Source of the DNA: Octopus vulgaris
Lineage: Eukaryota
Direction: 5' to 3'
Assembly (NCBI GenBank): GCA_951406725.2
Contig: OX597817.1
Location: 133,734,001 to 133,798,000 of the forward strand
DNA: 64,000 nt
The notes below the pieces were generated by a model that did no database searches, was not told the DNA's origin, and worked only from the letters and a program-made list of their open reading frames with translations. Made by a program: the position numbers and the translations under genes. Position 1 is the stretch's first letter, and each line of letters begins with the position of its first letter. This document shows positions 26,141 to 39,677 of the stretch, piece by piece.

Positions 26141-28109
26141 GTAAAAATATTCATTTACACACATGTGTATGTATACACCTACACATAGAGATATTTATGC
26201 GCACTAACACACACACAGACACACGTGCACACACACACACACACACACACATTGATGCAATCATGAGACACATTAACCTACAGACAGAGACCGTTAACTG
26301 AGAGACTGAGATCAAGTATATGTGTAATGCATGCTGCATGTGTGCATAGGTGCAGCAGAAATGTGCAGAACAAGGGAGATGGAAGTGGGGTGAGATGAGA
26401 AGAAACGAAAATAGAACCATTTCTCTCTTCTTTCTCATTCTCTTCTCTTTCTTAGAGAATATGAAAAAAAAGCCAAAAATATTTTGAAAAACAATCTCAC
26501 CATACTTCAGTGAGATATTCTCTGTAATACAGCCCACACTAATTTACATATGCACACACACACACACACACACACCCACCCACACACATACACACACACA
26601 CACATACACACACACAAACACACGTATAAAATATCCCTGTGCATATAGCACATGTGTACACTAATACATGCACACACATACACACACATAAATGCTCGCT
26701 TTTCCATGTAGTGTGATACAACTACATACATTAAAACATAGATACTTACACAACAGACCAACAGTAATATGTACACACACTCATATTCTTATACTGTGTG
26801 ACTACTACTACTTCACATATACACACATTTCTGTATAGTGTAATTCTGTTACATACAGTTGTATGTGCATATACAACACACACATGCATACACACTTTCA
26901 TATCTCCATGTTGTGTGGCGACTACACACACCCACTCACATTTTCATAGAGTATGATTCTACTCTGTGTACATGTATACATGCATATGCCACATGCAGAT
27001 ACTATTATGAAACAAATATCCCCACACAGTTCCATACAGTGTGCTTATACTGCTACACATACATTCAAATGCATAAACCACATGCAGAGACTATAAATGA
27101 CACACACGTACACACAAACATTTCCATTTAGTGTCTCTCCTACTACACATACACATGAGCATACACAGTCAAAGATACATATGCCACATGCAGACTGTTA
27201 GGATGTATACACACAGTTTAATTATGTGATTCTACAGTTATACGCACACACACACACACACGCCGTGGCAAAATATATCTGATCCACCATGACAATAAAC
27301 AACACAGAGATTCAGAATCGTAGTATATGAGAGGTTGTGACCTTCATACATTTTCCAAGGACATTAACAATATATCTGTGATTCACTTCAAATTGTTTAA
27401 TTAAATATTGTAATAATGAGTTTCTTTCCTCACAATTCTTGTTATTTTTGAGGAAAAGAGATGACAGTTAAATGAATGAACTGTTCATTATATAATGATA
27501 CTGATGTTGCTGATTGCCTATTTGGCTGCTGTTTGTAGCAAATCTATGATCATAAGTCTCCCAGTTATGACAATCCAATACTTCATTATTCAATGTGTTG
27601 TAGTTCAGTTTTTAAGTCAGTAAGGTATGATCTAAAGGAAATTTGGCTGCCATTTCTAGCAGACCTATGTTCATAAGTTTTCCAGTTATCCATGACTATG
27701 TTATCCACTGTGTCTTCTGCTTGTAAGACAGCAAGGTGTGATATAAGAGAGATTTGACTGCTATTTCTAAGCAGGCTATGTTTATCAATAAAGGCTCTCT
27801 TACTGGCCCATGCTGTTATACCAGTGTTGGTTTTGGTGGGATTTCATTTTTTCAATGTGGCACCCCAACCATCAATGAAGCATTAGCTTAATTTTGCGAA
27901 CTTCCAAACATGACCCTCTATCATAATTATTTGCCATGTTTGGTTTATATAACAAGGTATTTAGATGAGAAGGGACAGTGTCTGTTGACCTTTGCTCACC
28001 ATCCAAGTCCAGTGACATCAACGAAGCTAATGTCTAATTGGCACTTCTGTTGGTCAGTAAAAAATGCCAAGTAAATATGAACAGGAAGAAAGAATTTTCA
28101 GGAGTTACT

Positions 28110-28647
28110 GTTCTGGGGCTGGCAAAAAATCTGCATTCTCAGAATTGTATAACCTCTTGAGAAGCCATGCTCTGGGCATCACAACTAAGACCTGTGTGTT
28201 GAACCGCTCTGTCTACCTTGTGTTAATGTATGGAAGTGAGGCATGGTCTATAACATCAGGGATGAGAGGGTGATTGGAGAGCTGGGAAATGTGGTTCTTA
28301 AGGAGAATATTGAGAATAGCATGGACAGATAAAATGTCTGACAAAAAAGGGATGACCTGGGCTGTGGTGTATAAGAAACTGCTTTGTGAGATAAGGGGGC
28401 CAAACAACTGAGATATCTTGTTCATGTGATGAGCAAAAGCGGGTCTGGAGAATTTAGTGATGACTGGAAAGATTGAAAGGAAAAGAAGCAAAGAAAGGAG
28501 AAGAATGATATTCTTTGAGGAATTGGTTGGAAGAAAGAAGCATTAAACATCAGGAAATGGAACTGTTACAGGAAACGAAGAATTGTGACAGTTTGTGATC
28601 ACCTATGTCTTACATTATGGACATGGTGCCTAAAAAAAAAAGAAAGA
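28110..28647 (+). mobile_element. RTE/BovB-like LINE 3' fossil
   Basis: KSAFSELYNLL...VLMYGSEAWSI...EMWFLRRILRIAWTDK...QLRYLVHVM..GLENLVMTGKIERKRSK, the typical RTE post-RT region, with stops and frameshifts. Confidence 0.9.
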
Positions 28648-29030
28648 CTTTTCTGGGGAAGAATGACTAGTAAACAGATTTAGAACCGCATTCAGAAATG
28701 TAAATAAAGTTGTGATAGGAGAAAGAGAAGTGACATGTAGTGGCTGTCAGGAGAATGTATACGGCTGGCTAGTTGAAGAGAAGCAGGGCATATTCTAGTA
28801 GGGGTAGAAAAGGGTTCAATTTACAGATGTATAAGGATGAAGTTTTAGGGTTTGGGTATTAACTGACCAAAATATCAATAAGTATGGAGATCATGTGTTC
28901 AGGCTAAATTTGATAGGGGTGTTTTTTTGTGTCTCCTTTTTTGTCAGGAGCAGTTTGATGTATTGGTGAACAGTCAATGGCATTGGAGAGCATAAAGATT
29001 AAAGTTTTAGTTGTGGAAATGTTAGCTGAC

Positions 29031-29660
29031 ATGGAGGACGGGAAGCTATCTGAATATAGGAAAAGACTCATCTGTATCATGATGATTTGTGCTAGGTAAC
29101 AAATTGACTGCTGGTCAATGCTCTGTGAATGCTGAATATGCTGTGAGATGTTGCATGGACAGCTGCAACTGAGACTATAAAGCCATGGCCAGTGGGAAGC
29201 AACAGAACAAATGTTCTGACTGCATGCACAAGCTGGATTTCATCTACACATCTTTGAACAAGGCCTTAAGTTCAATTCAGATCATTATATGAAGCTGCCA
29301 GATTCTGGGGTCAATCCATAGCTGGAAACAGTTGCTCTTGGAAGATCATATGTGTGGCTGCAGGATTCAATTCCCTACCATACTCCTGGAAAGAGTCAGA
29401 AGTGTTTGTGGGAGAATTCCTACTTCATCAGCCCCAACTTCAGGTGTCCTAATTTTCCCTGTTGTAATTTCATGGATTACTTACTATTTGTGGAATGCAG
29501 TTGAGAAAAATTCCACTCACTTTACCTGCCACAACAAGGTTGAACTGGTGGCAAAAATCAGGTAGGAGCTCAAAGGTCTTCCCAGGGATACTGAAGAACA
29601 CATGCCAGGTTCTGGAGGTGTCTTAAGGCCATGATGGAAGCTGAGGGCACCTATCTCACA
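29031..29660 (+). mobile_element. maT (DD37D-like) Tc1/mariner transposase fossil, internally deleted
   Basis: MEDGKLSEYRKRL.. N-terminus, then HIFEQGLKFNSDHY...GRSYVWLQDSIPYHTPGKSQKCLWEN...PNFPCCNFMDY / YLWNAVEK; 36 residues between the last two Asp in this decayed copy. Confidence 0.8.
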
Positions 29661-29948
29661 GCCATGCACTAGTTGATCTTTTTTATTCTTTACGATATTG
29701 AGATTTTAGAAGAAAAAAACAAAAACAGTTAAGTAAACAAGTGGAAATCGAACCAGTGAGTGTGTCAATTGATAAGGCATTAAAACAGAATGACTCTCCC
29801 TGGACACAATAAAATATTGTGTTTTCTTTTTCTTATATGCAAACTGTCAAATTTAGCCCAAACACTTTGTACTTGAAATCTTCAATGCTTCTGCAGTTAT
29901 TTCCTTTAGTCTTCTAAAAATAAAGATCATGTTGATAGCAATGATAAT

Positions 29949-30225
29949 AGGTGCAGGCATGGGTTTGTGATTGGAAACATTGCTTCCTTTCCTTGGGTAA
30001 GTGTAACTTTATTATAATGATCAATCAACCAAAGTGTGGTGAGTCAATTTGGCTGATAGAAACTGAAAGAAGCCTATGTGTGTGTGTATATATACAATGG
30101 GCCTCTTTCATATATATATGTTTGTGCGTGTGTGTGTTAGTGTCTCTTTTTGTATTGACATCACATGATAGTTGTAAATGAGTGTCACCATCATACAAGT
30201 GGTGTCCTTCATTTCCAATCTTTCA
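29949..30225 (+). mobile_element. SINE family A variant (different 3' half)
   Basis: ggtgcaggcatgg head, gatagaaactgaaagaagcc, then gtgtcacc...ccttcatttccaatc shared with 19820-20085. Confidence 0.6.
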
Positions 30226-30410
30226 AGTTTTGGCACAGAGCAAGAAAATATAGGAGAAAGAGATCAGTCAATTACATCCATCTCAGTACTTGACTAGTAC
30301 TTTATTTTATCAACTCCAAAAAGAATTTGAAAGGCAAAGTTGACTTCAGCAGGATTTGAACTCAGAATGCAAAGAACTGAAAGAAATACTGCTAAGCCTT
30401 TTGTCTCACA
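30225..30410 (-). mobile_element. SINE family C (host of the E insertion)
   Basis: aaaggcaaagttgacttcagcaggatttgaactcagaatg...gctaagcctttt; the remaining head resumes at about 30627. Confidence 0.75.
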
Positions 30411-30626
30411 AAAGGCACATGGCTTAGTGGTTAGGGTATTCAGCTCACAATTGTAAGGTCATGAGTTTCATTCCTGGCAGCACATTGTGTCCTTGGGCTC
30501 TTTATTACACATTGCTCCAGTCCACTCAGCTAGCAAAAATGTACAGTACCTATAATTCAAAGGGCTGGCCATTCCATTGATCGGATCAACTGAAACTCAT
30601 GTCATCATAATTGACAGAGCACCAGT
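30411..30626 (+). mobile_element. tRNA-derived CORE-like SINE family E
   Basis: Box A TGGCTTAGTGG, box B-like GAGTTTCATTCC, ttgtgtccttgggc...ttgctccagtccactcagct; second copy at 62744. Confidence 0.8.
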
Positions 30627-30907
30627 CCTCGCATGCTAATGTTTCTACCAATTTACCAACAACCACAAACAGCATACTCTTCAGAATCATCTCCCAATAA
30701 AATGATACATCGCCTACTTTAAACCGGTAATTCTCAACCTTTTGTAGTTCAATGTACCCCTTTCACTTGGTGGAGTTTTACAAACACCTTTTTGCATGTT
30801 TGTTAAAAAGAAGCCAGGTGATTATTTAACTCAAACAGAACTTAGTTTTATGCAATGATTTTTTTTTATTATCTTTTTTTTTACCGATTTGCATGGTTGA
30901 ATCCTTA

Positions 30908-31151
30908 TGATGCCAGTGCTGCCTGACTGGCTCCCATATTGGTGGCATATATAAAGCACCCACTACACTCTCAGAGTGGTTGGCATTAGGAAGGGCATCC
31001 AGCTGTAGAAACTTTGCCAAATCAGATTGGAGCCTGGTGGAGCTTCCTGGCTTGTCAGTCTTCAGTCAAACTGTCCAACCCATGCCAGTATGGAAAGCAG
31101 ACATTAAACGATGACAACAATGACAACGATGATAATGATGATGATGATGAT
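30908..31151 (+). mobile_element. SINE family B
   Basis: gagtggttggcattaggaagggcatccagctgtagaaac...cattaaacgatgac. Confidence 0.85.
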
Positions 31152-31639
31152 GGTCTACTAAAGAAGATAAATGCTTTATGTAGCCCTAGGCTAAAACTTG
31201 CACCCATTGCAAATTTCTGCACACACCCACAGCAAATAATTAATGGGCGCACTGTTTTCCTTTCTTCCTTGTCACCTTCTCCTTCCTGATTCACCTCTAT
31301 CTCCTCACCTTCCACTCCCACTCCCTCCTTACTGATTTCTACCCTCAACCACACCTCTACTTTTGATCATCACTCTCTATATTCACCTCTACTCCCCATC
31401 TCTAACCATCTCCTCTCACTCTCCTCTCACACTCTAATGAAATTTCTCACTCTCTCCTTCTTCCACGATCCACAGCCCATATTCTCACATTCACCCTCTT
31501 CTATCTTGAGTGTTCACTTTGGCACCTTATCACCACCATCTTTCCCTGCTTCCCAGCTATTCTCACCAATCTTGGGGTAACCATGTATCTCCTCTAGAGC
31601 ATGCAGGTCTGCTCAAACAGGTCTGAATGGGGTTAAACA

Positions 31640-31905
31640 TCATCATCATCATCCTCATCATTTAACATCCATTTTTCATGCTGGCATGGGTTGTTTGATG
31701 AGTTGGTAACTCATAGAACTGTAATAAGCTCCAGTTGTCTGTTTTGGTATGATTTCTGTGGCTGGATGGCCTTCCTCACACCAAAAACTTAATAGAGTTT
31801 TTTTTGTGTGGTGCCAGCATGGAAGCTATTTACGTGGCACCAGCACAAGTGCTTTTTACATGACATTAGCACCAATGTGGTACCAGCACAGATGTGACAC
31901 CAGCA
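31640..31905 (-). mobile_element. SINE family B, diverged
   Basis: (cat)n tttaacatccatttttcatgctggcatgggttg...gctggatggccttcct. Confidence 0.7.
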
Positions 31906-33623
31906 CAGAATCAACAACAATAATAATGATGTCTTTGTCTTACATAGACACAAGGCCAGAAATATATCGATCCCACTACCTTAATTATATTGACTCCAGT
32001 ACTTTAATTATTTTGAGCCTGCTGCCTTGATTATACTACTCTACCACTACCTTAATTATATTGATGCTAACACCTTAATTGGTATCTATTTTATTGAACT
32101 TGGAATGATGAAAAGCAGAGTCAACTTTTGTAAGATTTGAACTCAGAATGTAAAGGAATGCTATCAAATACTTCACAGTATTTTACTCACAATTATAAAG
32201 TCTGCCAAAAAACAAAACAGTTAATACAACCAGTAGAAGATTAGTATAGTATTACAGTCAATAAAGGAAATTGTTGGTGAATGTATTTTGGGGTTGAAGT
32301 AATTATAACTGTGTTAAATATAACTGTTAAAATCCCATTACCGATTTCTTACAGGTCTTTGATCATCATGGCACTGTGTGAAACAGATGGTACATGTATA
32401 TCTTAGTTCACACACTCACATACATACATGTACGCACAAGTATTTTAAACTACAGTACGTAATTAAATTACAAGCAGGTATCAATCATTTTATAATTTGG
32501 ACTTGATGTCTGCAGAGTGGAAACCTGCCAATGATTAACAGTAGAAGATGTTTGTGATTGCAGCAGATCAAGGAAGTCAATGGAAAGAAACGGTGAAGGT
32601 TGATTCACCACACAGCCAAGATTAGTGATTCTCGAATGATAGACCAGAAGGAGTACCTAAGTATGTCATGATTTTAAATGTGTAGTTTAAAGTTCTTGAA
32701 CATTTATATTGGTACTTAGATGTCTTGAAAGATGTATAGTTTCCTAATACATATTTTGAGGATGATTTGATTGCTATCTCTAATATTCAGGTGATGCAAA
32801 GATACCCCCCACCTCATTCTTGGTTTTGTCAAATTATGAGTTTGTAGCATATGGTGCTCATATCTGAGACACATTTTAAAAGTTTCTTTGTCTAGAGAGA
32901 AGGCAGTGCCCTTGACCCTTAACAAAGTCCCTAAAACTGATGGTACGAAGGGAGAAAGCCTCCTCAACTGGAAACATGACTTGAATGCTTGCTATAGAGT
33001 AGATTCTGCTAAATGCACCCAAGGTACCTGGTGGTGATATTAAACTGGGCAACTAATAAAGTCTACCACTCAACTCTCAACAAACTGCCTAGATGTTAGT
33101 AAACACCTCACAATGTAGGCAGTGGTAGCACTGAATAATCAACAAGTGTTTCAAGAGCTTGCACTGGTGTTTGTCTGATTCAATGACTGAATGACTGACA
33201 TTCATAATGTATTTATTGTAAACTTGTTGCACTCCCACTTTCCATCTCCTCTTTTCTAAAACACACACACACACACTCAAATGTGTGTGTGTGTGTAAAT
33301 ATAAGTAGCATAAAAATAAATACTGCTAACACATTAATAATATATAAAATCAAACTGCCAAGAATCTGTCATGTATGCAAGTGATGTACTCAAATTAATA
33401 TAGAAACAAATAAATAATGGATATAAATACAATGTTATTATAGACAGTAAGAAAAGGGAAGTCAGATGGTGAAAAGATCACAACAAAGGTTGAAACTAGT
33501 TCAGCTGATCCCTCTTTTTCTGTTGCCTATATGATTGTGTGTGTGTATACATTTGTGTATGCATATATATTTGGATGAATTTATGTGTGTATACATACAT
33601 ACATACATACATACATACATACA

Positions 33624-33659
<36 letters not shown>

Positions 33660-33670
33660 TATATGCATAC

Positions 33671-34023
33671 TGATCATTGCCAGTGTCGCCTTACTGGCAC
33701 ATGTGCTGGTGGCATGTGAAAAACAACATTCAAGCGTGGTTGTTGCCAGTGCTGCTGGACTGGCTCCCATGCAGGTAGCATGTAAAAAAGCCCCATTTGA
33801 GCATAGTTGATGCCAGTACCACTTGACTGGCCCTTGTGCTGGTGTCACATAAGAAGCACCCACTACACTTTCGGAGTGGTTGGCATTAGGAAGGGCATCC
33901 AGCTGTAGAAACACTGCCAGATTAGAATGGAACCTGGTGTAGCCTTCTGGCTTGCTAGTCTTCAGTCAAACTGTCCAACCCATACCAGTTTGTAAAGCGG
34001 ACATTAAACAATGATGATGATGA
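33671..34023 (+). mobile_element. SINE family B with three 65-bp head units
   Basis: Three tgccagt...actggc...aaaagcacc units, then the central domain and (gat)n tail. Confidence 0.85.
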
Positions 34024-35195
34024 CAGATATGTGTTTGTAGTATATGGTGCTCCTATCTGAGACACATTTCAAAAATTTCTTTGTCTGGAGAGAAGGCAGT
34101 GCCCTTGACCCTTAACTGATGGTAGGAAGTGAGAAAGCCTCCTCAACTGGAAACATGACCTGAATGCTTGCTATAGAGTGTGTGTGTGTATGCCATCCCA
34201 GTGTGTGTATATATGTATGTTTGTGTGTGTGTGTGTGTGTGTACAAACACACAGGATTGCACATGCTTAGCACTGGCTAAGAATTTTGAGAACTTCATTA
34301 ATAAACAAAAATGGAGTAAAGAAAAGAAACTGAATATGTGAATTTTATGCAACTATTTCTTTTACAATTTTAAATTCTACTTTCTAATCCCACCAAATAT
34401 CATAAAGAAATGATTATCTCCCTTGTAATACCTGCAACCACTAGGAGGACCACACAGGTTTGAAAAATTAGTTGTAATTTCATGCAAATCTATGGACCTG
34501 TTGATGATGTCAAGGCATTGTTTATGAAGGAATGTCTGTTATATTACATAATGAAAGGTTACTGCTACGAAACAGCAGCTTGAAATGAATGTCTGTACCT
34601 TGAAGTATGTATCAGAAAGCAGCATGCAAATTTTTTCATACTTAAAGCTGAAACTATTAGCTACATTTGGTAAACTGCTCACGTTCTATGAAGAGAAAGA
34701 GAAAAAAAAGCACACACATACATTTCATGAACTTTTTTCAGGCAGTAACTAGTTTCATCTCTAATGAAATGTCTCACTTCATAAAATGTTTAATAAGTCA
34801 CAGGTTATATCATGCTGGCAATTTCTAAAAAGAATGAAATAGTACTATATATGATTACAAACAACTAGAAAGTTTAAGTACTTCATATGGTGTAAACAAA
34901 AAATAAAAAAGCTAAATACGTGAATTCTGTGATTCTTTTTCTTTATAATTTCTTAATTTCACTTTCAAATTTTGAATACAACCAAATATTACAAAGAAAT
35001 TATTATCATCCTTCTAAGAACTACAACCACAAGGGGGTACCAGAAGTGTGTGTGTGTGTGTGTTGATCACAAGTGCTCGATGAACAGGAATTTGAAACTT
35101 TGAGTAGCAAGATTTTGTGATGTTTTTGCAGCTTTAATAATAATATTCAAGTACTATTTTTCTTACCTTGTTTTACATTTATGTGCATTACTCAA

Positions 35196-35252
<57 letters not shown>

Positions 35253-35255
<3 letters not shown>

Positions 35256-36199
35256 GGTCTTCCCATAAATAATATGGTTTTTTCAATTGCATGAATTATA
35301 GTCAGAGGGGGACAGGATAAACTACCCGCATCAACTTGCTATAAAAGCAGGTAGTAATTTTACCTTTTCAAGGCTGTAACAGAAGTGACAAAGGTGCATA
35401 TTCGGCATATTTTGCATTATGATTTCAATAAAGAGAACAACACAATGGAAAATGCAAGGAATATTAATTTAGTATATGGGGATCAGACAGTAAGCATAAG
35501 CCAGTGTCAATGGTAGTTCCAGAAACGCTTAGCTGGAAACTACAACCTAGAAGATGAACCTTGTCCTGAGAGCTTGACAAGGACATCCTGCAAAGCCTGG
35601 TGGAACAAAATCCCATTGTAACTGTTGTGGAATTAGGATAGAATTCATCAGCACTTGTGTGCCATCAGAAAAGTCAGAAAATTGGGTCAATGGGTTCCTC
35701 ACAAACTTTCCAAGTCTAATAGCATGCAGAAAATGTGTGCTCTTCTTTGCTGTCATGTCTCACGAATAAACATTTTTTGGGACCGAATAGTGACTGGTGA
35801 CGAGAAATGGAAGAGTAATAACAATGAGCAGAAATGGAAGAGTAATAACTATGAGCAGAAATGGAAGAGTAATAACTATGAGCAGAAATGCTGCCCCACC
35901 TACCATATTCACTGGACATAGCCCCAACTGATTATCATTCATTCTGCAGTCTTCAAAATCATTTGGAAGGAAAATATATAAATTTTGTAGATGAGGTCAG
36001 AATAGTACTCAAGGACTATTTATCCTCAAAGATAAGTGAATTTTGAAAGAGGGGTCTTGCAAGTTAACCAGATATATGGAAGAGCATTGTAGAAAATTAA
36101 TGAAAGTATATTTTAGATTAAAAAAGAACTTTGTTTATTTTAATTTTGAAAAATAAAAGAAGTATAAAAACAAAAACAATTATTTATGGACTGAGCCAA
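35253..36199 (+). mobile_element. Mariner (DD34D-type) transposon, internally deleted and decayed
   Basis: TIRs ttgggtcttcccataaataat and attatttatggactgagccaa inside (TA)n; translation EVTKVHIRHILHYDF..VYGDQTVS..NLEDEP, WVPHKL, DRIVTGDEKW, PYSLDIAPTDYHSFCSLQNHL. Confidence 0.92.
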
Positions 36200-36468
36200 T
36201 ATATATATATATATATATATATATAATTCAGTCTGCTATAACGAATCCATAAACACATATAAAACATTCAAGGGTATGCTTTTTCCCCTCTGAAGATATG
36301 CTTTGGTCATACAAATTTAATTTTTACTGAGTATTAACTGAAACAGCTTTAAGTGATGATGATTAATTTGCTGTTAATAATAAACAATTATTAACTTCCC
36401 AATTTCCATTTCTTTTTCTTCTCTTCTATATATTATATATGTATTTATATGACCAGTTGCCCTTCTTG

Positions 36469-36518
<50 letters not shown>

Positions 36519-36616
36519 CTAGAAGGGCAACAGACCATAGAAAATCTACCTTGACAAATTCTGTGGAACCCATGCAAGCATGGTTAAGTGGTCACTGAAA
36601 GAATGATGATGATGAT

Positions 36617-36658
<42 letters not shown>

Positions 36659-37169
36659 AATTACTGTCATATCCAAGTGCTCAATGCATCAAATTAATCT
36701 ACACACTCAGTACTTGCATAAAGTCTATAAGGTTTATTCTTTTGTGTAGCATGTGTGTGTGTGTGTGTGTGTGTGATATGCATGCACAATAAGCTTATTA
36801 TTAATAGCATTATTTCTATATATGTGTGTGAGTGCATGACGTGTGTTTATGTGTGTGTGTGTAAAAAGATAGTTGAAAATAAAATACAGATTTCACATCT
36901 GTTGCATCACATACATTAGGAAGAACTTTCTCCCTCATACTGAAAACCTTTTTGCAATATTTCTATTTCCAGTATCATCCAACAGAAAGCATGATAAAAA
37001 TAATCACTTTGAACAGCCAAAGCCTAGAAACACAAATACAAACGCATTAAAAATGTGTGTGTGTGTGTGTGTGTGTGTGTTGTGTGCATGTGGTATCATT
37101 GGTTTCATTGCGATGTTATCAGTTTAATGTGATTTTATGAATTGAACAGCCCTCATATCCTTGTATTTT

Positions 37170-37445
<276 letters not shown>

Positions 37446-38402
37446 TTGTTACATTTTATAGGTACTGAATGAGAAATACATATATATGCACTAATATACA
37501 CACATGTGCGCACGCATGCATGCATGCACACACACACACACACACATACACAAACATTCTCAAATTTGTTCCTCCTGTGTTATTTTCTTTTTGTTTTCAT
37601 TGATTTTCATGTGAATGTCTGTGTATGTTTTTATATGTCTATCTCTCTGTGTATGCATGTAAATATATATATGTAAGACAAAGAGAGAGAGACAATGTGG
37701 TATTGACAATAAGACATTAGACTCCACAGAGTGCAGTGGTTATTGGTTCCAGTACGGTTTTGCTTTCTAAGTATTTATTGGTGTAAACATATTGTTCCAA
37801 ACTAAACATAAAGCAATAATATAGAAATATAATTAATATAAAAGAATCTTTGATAAAAACAAATCTTTTTAAACCCAGACACAGTCATATCTTTCTGTGT
37901 GTGTGTGTGTGTGCATTTTGAAGAGATACAATTCTGAATCTAAAATGGGTGTCACATAGTCTTTGATCATGTCTATTCCCGTTGATCAGGCTATAGGACT
38001 ACTCTACCCATTGTTTTATAAATTAGGTAACTGAGTATTCCACAGGCATTTGTACCCATAATGTAATCCTCGGGCAGAAACATGATAGCTCCTTGTGACA
38101 TACTTAGTCTTCGAAATACAGGTAGTATGACAACAATTAGAAGGACAGGAAAAAAAGGACAAGTCATTCGCGGCCTTCTTTCTTCAGTCAAGTTATCAGA
38201 TGTCCTTACAGTTTCAGGCACTTACACTTGACACAGAACACTTGAGACAGAAACAGAATCACATTTATGGTCTTTGAAATATTGATACCTTATAAATTAG
38301 GGGTTTCCAACTAGGGTCCATGTTGCTATTAAAATTTATTGCTCATAGTTCTGTAATACACAAAATATCTTTTTATACAATTCCTAATAACATATGTATA
38401 TA

Positions 38403-38610
38403 TTCTTTTACTGGTCTCAGTCATTTGACTATGGCCATACTGGAGTACTGCTTTTAGTCGAATGAATCGACCCCAGGACTTATTCTTTGTAAGGTTAGTA
38501 CTTATTCTATTAGTCTCTTTTGCTGAACTGCTAAGTTACAGGAACATAAACACACCAACATCGGTTGTCAAACAATGGTGGTGGGGGGGACAAACACAGA
38601 TACAGAAACA
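38403..38610 (-). mobile_element. SINE family A, 3' half
   Basis: ttcttttactggtctcagtcatttgact...cgaccccaggacttattc. Confidence 0.85.
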
Positions 38611-38861
38611 TATATATATATATGTATATACATACATACATATATATATATATTTGTGCAATTCTTAATGATATTTAATCATAAAAATACAGTAGGATTT
38701 TTTATGTATACATCGAATAGCTATTCTTGTTTAAAAATAATAAATTTGTACTTTATAAAAGTATAGAGTAACTCATCAGATTAATGTAAAATTGTTTTTA
38801 CTATAATTGAATATAAAAACAAACATATATCTATATCTATCTAGCTATCCATTTATACATA

Positions 38862-38904
<43 letters not shown>

Positions 38905-38907
<3 letters not shown>

Positions 38908-39155
38908 GCTGCCTTGACTGGCTTCCATACCGGTAGCACGTAAAAAGCACCAACCAATCATGGCCGTTGCCAGCCTTGCCTTGCACGTAAAAAGCACCCA
39001 CTACACACATGGAGTGGTTGGCATTAGGAAGGGCATCCAGCTGTAGAAACATTGCCAGATCAGACTGGAGCTTGGTGCAGCTTCCTGGCTTCCCAAACCC
39101 CGGTCAAACTGTCCAACCCATGCTAGCATGGAAAACAGATGTTAAACGATGATGA
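38905..39155 (+). mobile_element. SINE family B
   Basis: Head units plus ggagtggttggcattaggaagggcatccagctgtagaaac and (gat)n tail. Confidence 0.85.
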
Positions 39156-39644
39156 TAATATAAAATGGAACAAAAATGTAATAGAGCAAAATAAAATATC
39201 CAGACAGATAGACATTACAAAGGCAGACAGGAAAAACAATTAGAGGGACAAGAAAAAAGAGACAAGTCATTCGCGGCCTTCTTTCTTCAGTCAAGTTATC
39301 AGATGTCCTTACAGTTTCAGGCAGTTACACTTGAGACTGTTCAATCTGGTTGCCTCCCAAAAAGTCTTAGCTAAGAGTATTAGGTTTTTTGTAAGAAAGC
39401 TAGCGAACATGTATGACAACAAAGACAAAGCATGCAGAATATGGTACACAATTACGAATACAAACAACAAGAATATAACAGCAGATGTCTTTTGACTGAG
39501 GACGAATCAAATTGAGCTGGCGTGTATAAATATAGTTATAAATAGATAGGTATACATATGTATGTATGTATGTATGTGTGTCTGTATATATATATATAAT
39601 TACAAGAGTAGAAAATTTAGAAAATTTTCATACTAGTGGTATGC

Positions 39645-39675
<31 letters not shown>

Positions 39676-39677
<2 letters not shown>

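Noticed and set aside
28700-28950. Possible CR1-like LINE remnant on the minus strand (PLLEY motif)
   Set aside because: Only a few residues match; cannot be distinguished from chance.
35803-35890. 27-bp repeats (and 17-bp repeats at 13789) as CRISPR arrays
   Set aside because: Units are contiguous with no spacers, no cas genes, eukaryotic context.
37141-37157. Mariner-like TIR end attgaacagccctcata
   Set aside because: No partner TIR or transposase sequence found.
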